DNA of 64,000 nt from the NCBI GenBank assembly GCA_963727705.1, contig CAVSHK010000042.1, positions 7,552 through 71,551 of the forward strand. Reading direction: 5' to 3'. The DNA comes from an uncultured Bacteroidota bacterium. Its GTDB lineage: Bacteria; Bacteroidota; Bacteroidia; 2-12-FULL-35-15. This document shows positions 63,046 to 64,000 of the stretch, one piece after another. Position numbers and translations under genes: made by a program. Under the pieces are notes generated by a model. It was not told the DNA's origin. It worked only from the letters and a program-made list of their open reading frames with translations, and did not search any database. Position 1 is the first letter of the stretch. Each line of letters begins with the position of its first letter.

Positions 63046-64000
63046 TTGTTAACGAGATATAAAAAAATATTTCAAATTTTAGAAAAAAGTGAACGAAGGT
63101 TTTTAAAACTTTTATTTGCAATGATGTTAGTGATGGGCTTTTTTGAAGCCGTAAGTGCAGCTTCAATTTTACCATTTATTTATGTTGTTTCAAATCCGGC
63201 AATAATAACCGACAATGTACATTTACATCACCTATTTATTTTTTTAAATTTTTCCTCAATAGATAACTTCATCATATTTGTAGGTGTTGTTGTGTTTTTT
63301 CTTGTTGTTATTGGTTTTACGTTCAGGGCATTTACCAATTATTTAATTTCAAGATTTTCCCACATGAGCAGTTACTCCATCAGCAAGCGACTGTTGAGTA
63401 CCTATCTTTCGCATCCATACAGCTGGTTTTTGAATCGTCACAGTGCAAGTATGGAAAAAACAATATTAACGGAGACTTATAAATTTTCTGTTTTAGTAAT
63501 TGCTCCAGCAATTTATATAATTGCTAACAGCACGGTTTCTGTTTTTTATATCTCGCTACTTGTTTTGATGAACCCTTTAATTGCATTATCGGCAGTTGTA
63601 TTAATCGGAGGTTCTTATTTTATAATTTATAAAATCTTCAGCAAAAAAAGGGCTGAAGCCGGAAAAGAAAGGAGTAATGCACAGGAGGCTACTTTTAAAC
63701 TGGTAAAAGAAACGTTCGCCGGAATTAAAGAAATTAAGATTTTCGGGATGGAAAAAATTCAGCTTGAACATTTTGAAAAACCTGCAAAAAAACTCTCTGA
63801 AAAGCACGCTAATATTCAAATCATTTCTGAAATTCCTCAATTCATTTTTCAAGCCATTGCATTTGGTGGAATCATCGCTTTGCTAATACTTTTAAAAATC
63901 ATTAAGCATCAGGAAATCACGACTATACTCCCACTTCTTGGTTTATATGCATTTTCAGGATTCAGACTAATACCCTCGTTTCAACGCATCTATAGCAGTT
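63046..64000 (+). CDS. 3'-truncated ABC exporter permease/ATPase (PglK/HetA-like glycan flippase)
   Basis: Open frame from TTG 63046 to the window end: ASILPFI, SKRLLSTYL..PY.WFL.RHS, GIKEIKI, RLIPS.QRIYS. Confidence 0.8.
   Translation, partial: MLTRYKKIFQILEKSERRFLKLLFAMMLVMGFFEAVSAASILPFIYVVSNPAIITDNVHLHHLFIFLNFSSIDNFIIFVGVVVFFLVVIGFTFRAFTNYLISRFSHMSSYSISKRLLSTYLSHPYSWFLNRHSASMEKTILTETYKFSVLVIAPAIYIIANSTVSVFYISLLVLMNPLIALSAVVLIGGSYFIIYKIFSKKRAEAGKERSNAQEATFKLVKETFAGIKEIKIFGMEKIQLEHFEKPAKKLSEKHANIQIISEIPQFIFQAIAFGGIIALLILLKIIKHQEITTILPLLGLYAFSGFRLIPSFQRIYSS

Overview
AT-rich chromosomal window from a Bacteroidota bacterium (sprA, TAnnTTTG -7 promoter boxes). (1) 1-4.4 kb is an accessory, cassette-like tract. 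It holds a divergent tet(X)-family monooxygenase, preceded by a 149-bp MITE (18-bp TIR, 10-bp TSD), and an orphan contractile-injection tape-measure domain. (2) 4.6-12.1 kb is an apparently complete polyhydroxyalkanoate (PHA/PHB) cycle locus, unusual for this phylum: two unannotated phasin-like helical proteins, class I phaC, phaB, an alpha/beta hydrolase, 3-hydroxybutyrate dehydrogenase and a divergent patatin. It abuts a MarR-associated beta-oxidation operon. (3) Housekeeping genes follow: bioB/bioF/bioA interrupted by a YhcG/DUF1016 nuclease gene carrying two internal 27-bp palindromes, trmD, two TMTC-like glycosyltransferase-TPR genes, gcvH, sprA, ruvA, maeB and cobB. (4) tRNA-His is followed by decayed island material with an att-like duplication, an IS5 and an ISAs1. 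(5) The last part has a Pls/PosA-type membrane NRPS-like poly(amino acid) synthetase, a tandem double D-Ala-D-Ala ligase, an HldE-type kinase, aspC, efp and the start of a glycan locus. Several genes are broken by small indels, probably sequencing errors. All identifications come from motifs and recall; no database searches were run.
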